Assembly (NCBI GenBank): GCA_000934665.2
Contig: KZ538907.1
Location: 1 to 44,014, forward strand
Length of the DNA: 44,014 nucleotides
From: Catajapyx aquilonaris
Taxonomy: Eukaryota
Direction of reading: 5' to 3'
The position numbers were made by a program, and so were the translations under genes. Position 1 is the stretch's first letter, and each line of letters begins with the position of its first letter. Of the stretch, positions 12,625 through 24,919 are shown one piece after another. The notes under the pieces are model-generated. The model was not told the origin of the DNA. It made no database searches and saw nothing but the letters and a program-made list of their open reading frames with translations.

Positions 12625-15600
12625 CTGTTCGAAGCCGCCGAGCAGCTCGGTTGTGTCCATTGCGGAGTTGACTGTCAAAATGCGGAGTCGATGTCCGGTC
12701 ATTGCGGACAGCAACTTCACCAGGCTCGTTTTACCGCTAGCTTGAGGTCCAACCTGCAGGATGAGACGGCCGCAACTAAAGCACAAACGATCGGACAAAT
12801 TCAAAACGAACTTACCAGAATAGTGAGCCAGCTCATCTCCAAGCACTTCATGAGCGATTCCATCGGCTGCAAATGCTTATGAAGCAACAACAGTGTTTCC
12901 TTCCCACCTTCCGAACCACCTTGCCGCTTCAGAACTGAATGTCCGATCCTGAAATCCGTTTGGGTAAGCGACACTCGCAATGTAGATTCCCGCACTGGAA
13001 ACTCGGTGCCGAACACATCTTTGTAGATATCCAGCACTTTCTGCTTGTCCGTCTCAGTTCGCATACACTCGGAGTAGACCAACCGCACATACCGACCGGG
13101 ATCCCACTCGCCTTTGAACCCACCCGTCATCGCCTCGCACCAACGAGTCAAATCACGCAAGTTAAACTCCCAAGGACCGCCCTTCTGACCCAAACGCATC
13201 TCGTTCACATCGCTTGCAAGCCTCGAGGTAAATTCAACTGCTTTCGACACAATCGCCGCGGGCAACTCCGGAAAAGCCGCACTCAATATAAACTCAAGGT
13301 CTGACTTTGCAAGGGGTTCGATATACACTTGGGTAAACCGATTGAGGAACGACTTCGGAAGCCCTTTTCTAGCACCGCCTTGCCGCAGCGGATTTTGACA
13401 TGCGAAAATACGGGTTACGCCAGGTGCGACTCGGAAAGTGCGTCCCAACTCGGGGATGAAGACCTCGCCGCGATGGTCCAAGCAGGCGTTTAGTCCTTCA
13501 AGAACGGACTGACTTGCAAGGTTCATTTCGTCTAGGACGATCCAGCTGCCTTCCTGAAGCGCCTTCAAAAGCGGGCCTTCACGCCATGCAAAATGCCCTC
13601 CTTCACCGCCCTCGACGGGAAGATCCGCACCGAAAAGGTCGGACACATCAGTCTGCTCCGACAGGTTAATCCGAACCAGATCATGTCCAGTGTACGCAGC
13701 AAGTGCGACAACAAGGCTGGTCTTTCCGACTCCCGGACTACCTTCAAGCAATATGGGCTTATCCAGCTGCATTCCTCGCAAGACACGTAAAGTGTTAGCG
13801 GAAGTCGTAGGAGCCTCGAATGAGAAACCAGATCGCTTCACAGCCTTTTGTCCGAGAGGGATATGAAAAGGGGTGATTCCAAAGTCGGATTCGGTTACGA
13901 CGTATTTTGCGTCGGATTGCAAAGCTGTGATTACAGGATGGGTTATTCTCGTCGCTTGTTCCACGAGAAAATCCAAGGCCGCTTGAGTCAGGATCTTTCC
14001 GAGCGAGGAGCTGCAAAATTGGAATACATTTAATGGCATGGATCAAGCGAAATTATTTGAATCGGACGTACTTCTCAGTACTTGTTGCTCCTGATCCAAT
14101 CGAATCTAAGAAGACCAATAAAGCGCCATGGACATACGCATCTTCCATGCACAAACTTTTCGCAACGCATGTGTTGACAAAATTGACCCAAGTCAGAACG
14201 TCTCTCACGCTAACGACGCATCGTCTTCCGATGTCGTTGTTGGCGAACCAATCCAAGAAGTCAACCATGAACACGCCAAAGCGAGAGCCAACTACGCTCT
14301 TGTTGACAGTGGACGCCAAGTTGTGTTGCACTATCTGAATGAGGTCGGATCTGCTCTTTGATTCCATGCACCATATTTCGGTGAAGCGGTTGCGAAGGGC
14401 AGGCGAAAGCTGAAATACGAATTGATATTAACATTGCTGGAAATGTCGACATTAACGAGACTAACCTCTTTCTTTCCGTAGTCGCCGCCAGGATTCATAG
14501 TTCCAATGAATCGAAACCCTTCCTTGGCAATTACGGTGTCCAAATCGCTTCCGAGTTGTCCGCCAACGCCTTGCTCCGCCAACAACAAAGTCCGCTCCGG
14601 TTCTGTGAACATTGACATGTATTAACAATTTATAAAATTGAGCAACAAACGGCACAAACCTAAAACAGAATTAAGTCGCTCCAAGACACTGTCCGCAGCC
14701 AATGAAATCTCATCCGCAAGAAAGAATCCACCGTTTCGCATCGAATGAACCAGAGGTCCGTCGACCCATTCGAACAACTTCCCTTTCTCTTCCTGCAACG
14801 AAAATGTTAGCGCACTAATTTCCCAATAATTAAAAAAATGCGACTGACCTCTCTTCGATCTCGGACAGGTCGTAATCCGCCCAAAAAGTCAGCTCCTTCA
14901 GTGTGCATATGACAATTAACTGTCCACAACTCCTGTCCCTTTTGTGCGGCCAACAACTGACAAATGCTGGTTTTTCCGCAGCCGGTCTCACCAACCAGAA
15001 GGACAGGCTCGTTGAAACGAAACGCTTGTCCTACGGATAATCAAATGTTACGACAACGATCGTGAAGTTACGATTTTTAAATACGTACCAACGAGGACGG
15101 CAAGCCGCCGCATGTTGTAGGTCCATACGATGTGTTCAAATCCATTTATCGGAGCATCCAGAAGGTGCTGTAGTATCTCACGTGTTACAGGCGACGTGTC
15201 CTTGTCCACTGAAATCATTGTTAATGTAAAGTGCGAACGAGATTAACAACAGGTCAATAACTCACGAGAAAAAAGCCGGTTCGGATCCACTTCCCGTTTA
15301 AGATGTTTTCTGAGAGCGTCCATGATAACCTGGCATTCGTCCTCTTTCCGCACTCGTCCGGCCAGCACCAAAAACCCTTCATCGGCCATATGCTGGTCCC
15401 AATCGTAAAATGATACACTCGGGTCTCCGGCCAGCCTGTAACGCTCCGCCCATCTGGGGGACAAAACCGGTCATTTTCACATCAAAATATTAACATTACG
15501 GACACAAACCTGAAGAGATCTCGGAGCGTGATGAATCCCCATTTCCCTGCGAATGCGGCACTTCCTCGCCTTCGCATCTGCAAATCCTGCAGGACCGCGA

Positions 15601-18600
15601 CCATTCTGTTCGCTAGCGAATCTGGAACTTGGCATCGACGGTGCAGAATGGTGGCCAACTCTTTTGGCGGAATGTTTTCGAAATGTAGCTCGACGAATCG
15701 GTTGCGGAAGGCTCTCGATAGGACTTTGCGGCCGCCATAAAATCCAGGCGGATTCTGCGTGGCGAAGAGTGCAAACCGAGGATGAGCTCGGATTGTCTCT
15801 TGCGTCTCGGGTATGTACAGCTCCCGGTTTTCGTCCAGAACACGGTTTAACGCCTCGAGGACTTCAGTTGGAGCTAGGTTCAGCTCGTCAAGGATTAACC
15901 AGTAGCCTTGTAACATTGCTTCGACAAGTACGCCTGCAAATGCGGAAGTCGACTGATTGTCCCTTTACGTTATGAAATAATACGTACCGTATTTAAACAC
16001 AAGCTTTCCCTTCTCGTCTGCCGCGTACGATCCGACATACTCCTGAAGATCCGTATGTTCATGGTTGTTCACTCGCACGCACTTATTGCCTGAAGCTGCG
16101 GCTAAGTACGTGATCAGACTTGTCTTTCCGACAGACGTATCGCCTTGAAGTAGCGTCGGATAACGTCCTGCCGAAACGACTCTTGCAAGGGCTCGTAGGT
16201 TGCTCCGTACGCACTTAGTCAGGATGTACTGCAATACGAAACAATGAGTCCGGAACATATGCACTCAACGTACACACTCACATTAGGCGGAACAGGACAC
16301 ATCAAATCGCCATGCTGAATCCAGTAGCCTTCGAACTGCAGATATTTTCCTTGCGTTGGCTCAGGTATGGCTTGTTTCAAGACGGAATCCGCATTCTTAT
16401 TGCCAAGGATGTGCTCTCGTACTCGCTTCTCCAACGTCAGGGCGGAATTGCGGTCCACTTGAGTCATGAAGCTCAAGCAGAACGACTCATACAAGGATCT
16501 AGCTTGGCTTCCATATAAATTCAAAGCTGCGGTGCTCAGAGCGCGGCAAAAAGTCCGCAAGCTGCAACGAAACAGAATTTAGTTGGCTTCGACTAATACA
16601 AAATGCGAAACAAACCTGTAGTGCGGATGTCGTCCCGTTCCGTCAGTCAAACCGGTTGCGGACTCAGATTTGACCTTCAGGTAAAACTTGACGATTCCGT
16701 CCACCTTCTCGGCGGTTAGATTCATCTCTCGCAAGTAATCCGAGACGATGACCCGCAAATCCTCTTCGCCCAACAGTTCGTCGATGTAGAACTCGGTGAA
16801 TCGGTTCCGAAGTCCGGGCGGTAAATCCCGCTTTCCAACGTCCGTGGCGGGATTCATACAAGCAAACAGACGGAAATCCGGGTGTCGGCAAACCGGATCC
16901 TTATCGCCACGTTCCAGCAAATGCAGCGTTTCCTTGGTGTCCTCAAGTATTCCGGATAAACATTCCAGGGTTTCAGCCGAAGCCAGGTTTATCTCGTCTA
17001 GGAGGATCCAATCGCCGGACTGAAACGCTTTAACGAGGCTGCCCTCGACGAACGAGAACATCAGGTTGCTTTCCAAATGTTTCGATTGCATTTCCAACTG
17101 ATGGAGCCGCACACCCAAAGAACGCCATTGATCCGAAAATTCCCCTTGCTTAAACTTCTCCATGGCGGTCTTATGCACGTGAATCATTAAACGAAACAGG
17201 TCGGACCAACGATGTTTCGCAAAACATTCCTGTGCGGAAAAAACACATTAGTTTCGCACTGATAGTAAATTAAGCTGAAACTTACCACAATATGCGAGAG
17301 AAACTTGGTGTTGCTTTCACGTGAAAACGATGCGCAGAAAAGGCGTTCGAATTCTTCTCGAACCGGAAGGACAACATGCTTCATTTCGACAGGTTTGTAC
17401 CTACAATGCGAGATTTAGTAACACAGAAAACGACAAGGATTTCCGGTAACTTACCCTCCCAACAGATCGGTGCTGTCCGATTGTTGGTTCATGTTGATTA
17501 CGATTAGCCGATGTCCAGTTTGTTGTGCCAAATACTGAACCGTCGTCGTCTTTCCCGTTCCAGTTTCGCCGATTAGCAGCACAGGCTCTTGGTTCTTAAC
17601 GCAAACGCCGACTCGCTCCAGAAGAACCGACGCCGGTCTTGTCGACGAGAATGGCCGTCCAGGTGTTTGCGCCTTCCGTAGACTTTTATCCGCTTCTTTT
17701 TTAACAGTCACTCGTCCGACTGTGATTGCTCGGAAGCTGATTTCAATCGCTGGCTTGTATGAATTGCAGAAGAAAGCGGCCTTCGCTTTCGGGATGTTCA
17801 AGCGAGCCCCGATCGCTTCGGACACTGGTACTCGTTGATCAGATTTCGAGATGCTGCAGGTGAATATGTCCATTGCGTCCTGAAATGCGGTCATTGCGGA
17901 TGTGGCGGATGAGACGTCGAAGTTGGAGGACATGCGATGACACCATTTCAGAAGGTCGCGGGTTGAGATGAGGCGGCAGTCTTTTGGCGTTTGGGTTGTT
18001 GCCGTGTAGGTTTCAAGCGAGTCTAAACTGGTGTCGTGCTGACCTGACGACATCATGAAAAAGACGTCTAGGATTCTGTCCGTTACGGTTGCTAGGACAG
18101 GATATTTTGTCTTAATTAGTGTGGCCAGCTCCTTCTCGGAGAGCGGCTCCACGTGAACTTTTGTCCAGTGCTTATCTAGAAGATGCAGCGAACTGGTATG
18201 CTGCTTGTGAAGTCCAGCCGAACCGCCAAGTAACCTGCGAATGCGATTAATGTCAGACAGATTCAACTTCTGTCCTCATCGACTTACCGTTGAGTCGCAA
18301 AGAGCTGGAACCCTGGAGCAGCCCGGACCTCTCCGTGCCCTGGAATCTGGAGTGTCCCAGCCTCCAGCAGTGGAACCAGCACCGAAACCACGTCCATCGG
18401 TGCATAGTCCACATCCTCCATCAGGATCCATGCCCCGCTCGTTACAGCCAACGTCAACACTCCTGGAGTCCACACGAATTCACCAGGCACGTCGGTACAC
18501 TGGTATGTCCCAAGCAGCACCTTCGAATCAGTCTGATCTCCAAGCTGCACCTTAATGAACTTGGAATCGACTCGGCCGGTGACTGCGGCTAAGTGTTCAA

Positions 18601-20186
18601 CCAAGCTGGATTTTCCGCTACCGATGCAGCCTTGCAGCAAAACGGCCGATCCGGACGCTACAACCAGCGCAAGGCTGCGTAAGTTGGACAAAGTCGATGG
18701 CGTCTCAACTAACGTGTGACCTCCCGGTGCGGACGCAACGGGTAGAAGAATCCCGGCAACGTTCGCCACAACCGATTGTGCGGACATCACACTTTCCGAT
18801 ACGTCCAACACGATGCGGTCGTACTTCAGAGCCAATTCTGGCGAATCTGGTACGTACATTGCGGTAAAGTGCGACCGCTCCCAGTCGGACATCAGCGTTA
18901 AGGTGGCGATGCACTGACACGCCAGCCTGCAATTAAACGGGGTTAAAATTCGCATCAGATCATACTACCAAACATACCATTTCACTTCCAGGTCCTCCGC
19001 GGTGAGCAGCTTAACGAACGGCCGTGAATCCCACGCCAAGCGACACTCCCGCAGCAGCCAGTAGCAAGCAGCGATCAGCTCGACCTCCGCAGGCCCGTCC
19101 ATCCGTCTCCGCTTGCTCTCCTTGGCCGTCGTTCCATTCTTCTGGTGGCGTTCAAGCGGGCTTGGATGGTCCTGGAAGTAGCGCACGGCAAACGCGGCCA
19201 CGTCGGAGTGAGTGGCCAGCTTCCCCACGGCCACGCACAGCCTCTCCCTCCCAGTCCGCGTGGAACACACGCATGACTTGGCTCGCTCCAGCAAATCCAG
19301 GAGAATCCCTGGAAACACTTCCGCTACTTTCAGGGTGTATCTCGCATCCAGCAGAAGTTGGCTCAACTCATCCGACACACTGTTGGCATCCTGGGGGAAA
19401 AAATATAAAATAAAATTGATTAGGAAACACCACGTCTCGATCGCGTCTAAATTGACCGCGTCTGGAACGCGTCGACATTGACCGCGTGTCGCTCGCGTCT
19501 CCCTTGATCGCGTCTAAATTGACCACGTCTGAAACGCGTCTTCCTTGACCGCGTGTCGCTCGCGTCTCACTTGACCGCGTCTACATTGTCCGCGTGTCGA
19601 TCGCATCTCACTTGATCGCGTCTAAACTGACCGCGTCGACATTGACCGCGTGTCGCTCGCGTCTCACTTGATCGCGTCTAAATTGACCGCGTCTGGAACG
19701 CGTCTTCATTGACCGCGTGTCGCTCGCGTCTAAATTGACCGCGTGTCGATCGCGTCTCCATTGATCGCGTCTAAATTGACCGCGTCTCAGATCACGACCG
19801 AGTCTGATGGAACGCTTCTATTATTACGCCCTCTTTTCGAACGTGTCAGATTTTAGCCACGTCTGGAACGCGCTTCAGAGTATGACCACGTATCATATTA
19901 CCACCGAGTTTCGATCTCGTTTTAGAATATGACAGCGTCTCGATCGCGTCTATATTGACAACCGCGTGTGGACCGCGTCTAATATTATGACCACGTACCA
20001 AAAGGTGCTAAGAGTATCGACCACGTCTCAGGAGATCTTAATTTCGACCTCGTCTCGACCACGTCTGGTGTTCAGATCATGTTCAAACAAGCATGGTTTT
20101 CTTACCTTTTTCCTTTCTAGGAGCCTCTTCCTGAGGTTCCGATCTTGGAAATTGGAGCAGAATCGCTCCAGCAGGTCCCTCTCCAT
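12625..20186 (-). CDS. MDN1: Midasin (Rea1/MDN1) AAA+ ATPase, N-terminal 2003 codons only. Exons: 20186-20106, 19390-18978, 18926-18288, 18234-17455, 17400-17286, 17229-16616, 16561-16282, 16228-15988, 15933-15510, 15453-15266, 15208-15089, 15030-14849, 14792-14660, 14602-14466, 14409-14072, 14010-12816, 12753-12625
   Basis: Six tandem Walker A motifs (GCIGSGKS, GETGTGKT, GDTSVGKT, GETGCGKT, GSPGVGKT, GPQASGKT) and midasin signatures such as WLILDELNLA, FATQNP, RAFRNRFVEL, LPKSFLNRF and DTTELLGGFEQ. All introns are GT-AG and phase-consistent (6009 nt total). The C-terminal linker and MIDAS exons are not in the window. Confidence 0.96.
19430..20070. repeat. CpG-rich degenerate tandem repeat in MDN1 intron 1
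   Basis: Dozens of short units of type (TT)GACCGCGTGTC / GATCGCGTCT / GACCACGTCT, most homogeneous at 19430-19800. Confidence 0.93.
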
Positions 20187-21162
20187 GGCTTCAAGTGTTC
20201 AACCACACTTCATGACCCTTCGGCTAATTATTACCAGAGCAATTTCAAGACTCGAAGCAAGACTGGGCTGGAAACACGTGCGGCGCACACAAGCCTGGAA
20301 ATCGCCATCTTGGATTACTAGGCGCATGCGCACCAGTACCACCCCCCCCCCCCGAACTAATAATTATAAAATTACTGTTTTTATACAATTTATTATAATA
20401 ATACAAGTACATAATAAATTATAGGCACCAAATGATACATAATTTTAGTAATAAATGAAGCGTTCCATGCCAAATGAAAATAGGCACATATACAAAGAGA
20501 AGCTGGACAACTGCAAATTTTGCCGGCATTTGCAAATGGCTGACCACATTTATTAATTAAACACAATCTTGGTTTTTTATGGTTTACATTAATTTGTTGA
20601 ACAGTTAATTGCGACAAATTAATGATATTAAGCCACGCTAATGTGAAGTTGTCCACGCACACATTCATGTATTGCATCTAGTACGAATCGGCCCTGTTGG
20701 AGCTCCGAGCTCAATCATGGCCGTCGCGCGCATGGCTTCAAAGGTGTGTTTTCCATTAATAAATACCTGCACATACAGTGTAATTACACGTAATTACGTA
20801 ATCGCACCAACAGTGTAATTAGTATAGTTTCACGCATGGTTTAAATACCCCCCCACATGGCACCCCACATGGCATGTACATACAAACCGCACCCATTATT
20901 TTTTTTCCTTCCAATGTGTGCTTTCCACATGTTGATTGTGCAATAGGCAGCAAAAAAAAACAACATGTACTTGATAAGTGATTGAATCAATTTGGATTGA
21001 ATCATACGCAGGTCAGGGTTGTGCTGGCTGGAGACGTGCCTCTAATCTGCTCTTGCAAGCGCAGGATGTGAGTGGACAGCACGTTCAGAGATAAAACCAT
21101 CCGTTTGCTATTACGTACATTATCTTACAAATTTAGAGGTACTGCTTAATATTTCCAGCGCA
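20187..21162. promoter_or_regulatory. Divergent (head-to-head) MDN1/PDXK intergenic region with an NRF1/Ewg-like motif
   Basis: Start codons are ~975 bp apart on opposite strands. GCGCATGCGC at 20322-20331 and a CGCCATCTT (YY1-like) motif at ~20302-20310 lie just upstream of the MDN1 ATG. Confidence 0.55.
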
Positions 21163-22407
21163 ATGGATAAGCGCGTACTGTCCATTCAGAGCCACGTGGT
21201 GTCCGGATATGTCGGCAACAAGAGTGCGACATTCCCACTTCAGATTCTTGGGTTCGAAGTGGACACGATCAATTCCGTCCAATTTTCTAACCACACCGGA
21301 TATGGCTCGTGGACCGGACAAGTTCTGGACGCAAAAGATATCGGTACGTATTGTAATTAAAATGATGCGATTGCCATGCCTAATACGATTGTAATTGCAG
21401 CCGACTTGATGGACGGACTGCGGAAAAACAACATCAACAGATACTCGCATCTCCTTACGGGCTACATGGGTGCCGAATCTTTCCTTCTTCAGATAGCCAA
21501 CGTCGTTAAGGAGCTGAAGGAAATTAACCCCGATTTAATCTACGGTAATTTGCATAAAGCGTTACTCAGATTTTTATATTAATTTCTGATCGCAACAATC
21601 AATATTAATTTCTGATCGAGACGATTAATTTCTGATTGTGACAATTAATTTCTGATCCTGACAATTGCAGTGTGCGATCCGGTAATGGGCGACAACGGCC
21701 AGATGTATGTTCCGCCCGAGCTTCTGCCGGTTTATCGCGACCGAGTAATTCCGATGGCGGACATAATCACACCGAACCAGTTCGAAGCGGAGTAAGTTTC
21801 ATGCAATTTGCATGCCGCTTAAAACTAATAAAATATCAGGCTGTTGACAGGTATGAAGATAAAGAGCGAGAAGGATGCGATGGAAGCGATGAACAAGTTT
21901 CATTCGATGGGGGTCAAGACGGTGGTACTTTCCAGCACGGAGTTGGGATCGGATAAGTTTTTAATCGGATTAGCAAGCGTTAAACATGGTAAGTCTGCTG
22001 CGATTGAAATCTGTGCATGATAATATGTATTGCGATTGCAGGCGATAAGTGCGAGGCTGTACGTATTGAGATCCCGAAGTTCGCTGCGACGTTCACCGGA
22101 AGCGGCGACCTTTTCGCTGCTCTATTCTTAGCCTGGATGACCCGTACTGGCGGAAACCTTAAAAAAGCGGTTGAAATCACCGTGGGAACAATGCAGGACG
22201 TACTTAAAAGAACACTGGAATCGGCTGAAAGTGAGTTGTTTAAAATTAAACCATCGCATCAATTAAAAGCGTCAATTACACATTGCAGAGTCAGCTGGAA
22301 ATGGGAACAAACCTCGTTCGGATCAGATCGAACTGAAGCTGATTCAAAGCAGAGGCGACATTGATGAAACCAAGACCAAATTAGTCGCAACCGAAATCGA
22401 TATGTAG
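21163..22407 (+). CDS. PDXK: Pyridoxal kinase, 300 aa. Exons: 21163-21343, 21401-21544, 21671-21791, 21840-21988, 22042-22230, 22289-22407
   Basis: [70 protein letters not shown]; phase-consistent GT-AG introns. Confidence 0.97.
21579..21660. repeat. Short tandem repeat (TTAATTTCTGAT...) x4 in PDXK intron 2
   Basis: Direct inspection; this repeat makes the intron about twice the typical local length. Confidence 0.85.
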
Positions 22408-22562
22408 TTTCATTAACGCATTCCCGCAGTAGCTTAATTGCAAGTGAAATTAGACACGTTTTTTTTTTAGTTTGCTGCCTTTTAAGATGCGCTTTCAAGC
22501 AACATCTGAATTGTGCGTTATCATTCCAAGTTACACTTTAACAAATGTGTTGCACTTTTAAT

Positions 22563-22676
22563 TATGCAAATTATTGGATTGCAATCAATGTTCGGTACTG
22601 TATGCAAATTATTGGACTGTTATCAGTGTTTCGGTACTGCATGCAAATTATTGGATTGCAATCAATGTTCGGTACC
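22563..22676. repeat. ~38-bp tandem repeat x3 between the convergent PDXK and WARS2 3' ends
   Basis: ATGCAAATTATTGGATTGCAATCAATGTTCGGTAC(TG) repeated three times, middle copy diverged. Confidence 0.9.
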
Positions 22677-22805
22677 GTAATTACTAGTGATGTGGTGTAA
22701 TCCAAATCTAGTCGACTATATTGGTTAAATGTCATGGGGCTTCCATTGGTCTATACAAGTGTGATATGCAGTATAATAATTAAAAGTGTTTATTACTAAT
22801 AAATT

Positions 22806-24260
22806 CTATTTCTTGAATCCGATTGCGTTACAGACACTTTCCCAGGTGTCGGCTGCTATTTGATTAGCCCGTTCTGCTCCTTGGTTCAACACACTGTCTA
22901 AGTACGCTCTGTCTTTAATTAACTCCTCAATTCTACTCCTAATTGGTCCAATAGTCTCGTTAATCACGTCGGCTACCACCATCTTGTACTGAGCCGTCTC
23001 CAGTCCCTCGTTATCCCTGCAGATTGCTTCAGGCGTTAATCCCGTACAGAGCGAATGTATGTGCACCAAGTTGGACACGCCTGGACGAGACTCGGGATCA
23101 AATGTGACTGCGGAAGTGAAGTCGGTGACTGCCTTCTTAAGCTTCTTGCGGATGGAATCGGAGGAGTCCAGCAGCTCAATTCGACTCCGGGAATCCTGCT
23201 CAGACTTGGACATCTTCTTGTCTGGATTACGGAGGCTACGGACACGACTCGTCATCTCATCTTCATCCGGTACGGACAGGGAGGGAAAAAATCAGTAATT
23301 ACTTTCATTATGATGTTGTGAGAGAATGTACCTCTGGTGATCGCTTTCGGATGAGGAAACAGCTCGGTGTCGAAGCGAGTGTTGAACGTCTTGGCCAAAT
23401 ACTGCGCCAACTGTATGTGTTGTGTCTGGTCTTCTCCGACAGGCACATGCGTCGCCCTGTGGACATACTTCCGTCAGACCATTGCATAAATTAAAATGCA
23501 TAAACATACTTGTAGAGCAAAATGTCCGCGCTCTGCAGAACCGGATAGATGAAGAGTCCTAATGGAACTTCCTTCATGGTCGCTGACTTTTCCTTATACT
23601 GCGGGAAGTGGCCTAACCGCGGAAGAGTGCTCAGGCAGCCCAATACCCATCCGAGCTCCGTATGCAACGGTACCTGAAAAAGCAATTAACATTACAAACC
23701 GGCACATGTACTGTCAACATTAGGGATCCGGACTTTTCGCCCCCGCCGGTTCGCCCCCGTGACCATTTCGTCCCCGTAAATGGTCACGGGGGCCAATATG
23801 CCGGGAGCGAGTAGTCCGGGGGCGAAAGGTCCGAGACCCCATTATTAATTATTACCTTCGACTGCTGGAAGAGTATACACTTCACCGGATCAATCCCGCA
23901 GCCAAGCAGAGTCGCCGTCATCTCATACATCTTCTCATGAAGTACCTTCGGATCCTACAGAACCACAAGATGCCATCAAGCGACATGAAACATAAAATGC
24001 ACAGTACAGCACAGTTGTACCTGAGGAAGTGTAATTGCATGCAAATCAACAATGCTGAACACGCAACGACTAGTCTCCTGGAGGTCCAACCACTGCCTAA
24101 CCGCCCCGAAATAGTTGCCCAGATGCATCGTACCGGTCGGCTGGATACCCGAGAACACCCTGCCCCTCCTGGAATCAACATTGTCCGAACCATACCGTCT
24201 CCAGCATCGAAAATACGAGACGAAACCAACTTCACAACGTGACCGCATGGCCGCCGCCAT
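22806..24260 (-). CDS. WARS2: Mitochondrial tryptophanyl-tRNA synthetase, 360 aa. Exons: 24260-24021, 23954-23856, 23673-23510, 23456-23332, 23260-22806
   Basis: [20 protein letters not shown] (HIGH-like), [29 protein letters not shown]. Arg-rich N-terminus compatible with a mitochondrial targeting peptide. The last acceptor is AAG, the only in-frame option. Confidence 0.95.
23723..23839. mobile_element. 117-bp MITE in WARS2 intron 2 with a 5-bp CATTA target-site duplication
   Basis: Imperfect terminal inverted repeats (TIRs) GGGATCCGGACTTTTCGCCCCC / GGGGGCGAAAGGTCCGAGACCC. Internal perfect 15-bp inverted repeat CCCCCGTGACCATTT/AAATGGTCACGGGGG. CATTA on both sides (23718-23722, 23840-23844). 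Confidence 0.8.
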
Positions 24261-24269
24261 ATTTGATTA

Positions 24270-24425
24270 AAAGCCGCTACGTTACACCGCTACTGCAAAT
24301 AACGGCTATAACCGAAGCAGCAGCTATTTACATAGCCGCTACTCGTAACCGCTATTGGCGAGCAGCAGTTATTATTCAAAGTAGCAGTGATTATAACAAG
24401 TAGCAGCTTTTCTTATACGCTATTT
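24270..24425. repeat. Degenerate CCGCTA/TAGCAGC short-unit repeat immediately upstream of the WARS2 ATG
   Basis: Recurrent AGCCGCTAC, CCGCTA, AGCAGC and TAGCAG motifs. Confidence 0.5.
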
Positions 24426-24712
24426 TCAGTTTTTTTTTCTATGAAATTATTGCTACTTGCTTAAAATTCCATCTATTGTAATTAGAGGATATAATTAGAT
24501 CGGGGGGGTTAGCTGAATAAGTTTTTTTTATTTTTATCATCAGCCTTTACACAACAATCATTTTTGTTGGTTACTGACAAATATAACACCCGAATAATAT
24601 TATTGAAATCCACGATTATTTCAAAGTGTACACAGCAACAGTCGCATTATTTTACGATTGGACAATCCGGACCCTGACAAGATCTGGACATTTAAAAACG
24701 CCGCATATAAAA

Positions 24713-24823
24713 TATTCAGCCTTAAGAATTATTTTAAAAAGTGCTGACGTCACGTGCCGCGTATGGGGTCGGTGAGTTACGAGTTACTTGTGGCGACGTC
24801 AGTACTTATTCTAAGGCTGAGTA
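24713..24823. repeat. ~110-bp foldback/MITE-like element flanked by TA
   Basis: TATTCAGCCTTAAGAAT..AAGTGCTGACGTCAC versus the reverse complement of GCGACGTCAGTACTTATTCTAAGGCTGAGTA. Confidence 0.65.
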
Positions 24824-24919
24824 CGTTATATGTTTAAGAAGTATTTCCGGATAAACATATATGGGGAGGGGGGGGAAACATATCGGTGGGACAGAAGACA
24901 AAGTGATTTTTTTTTTGGT

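Noticed and set aside
12691..19481. Numerous plus-strand ORFs over MDN1
   Set aside because: Antisense shadows of GC-rich coding exons.
19966..20424. 152-aa plus-strand ORF
   Set aside because: Spans the repeat, antisense MDN1 exon 1 and promoter; no recognisable domain.
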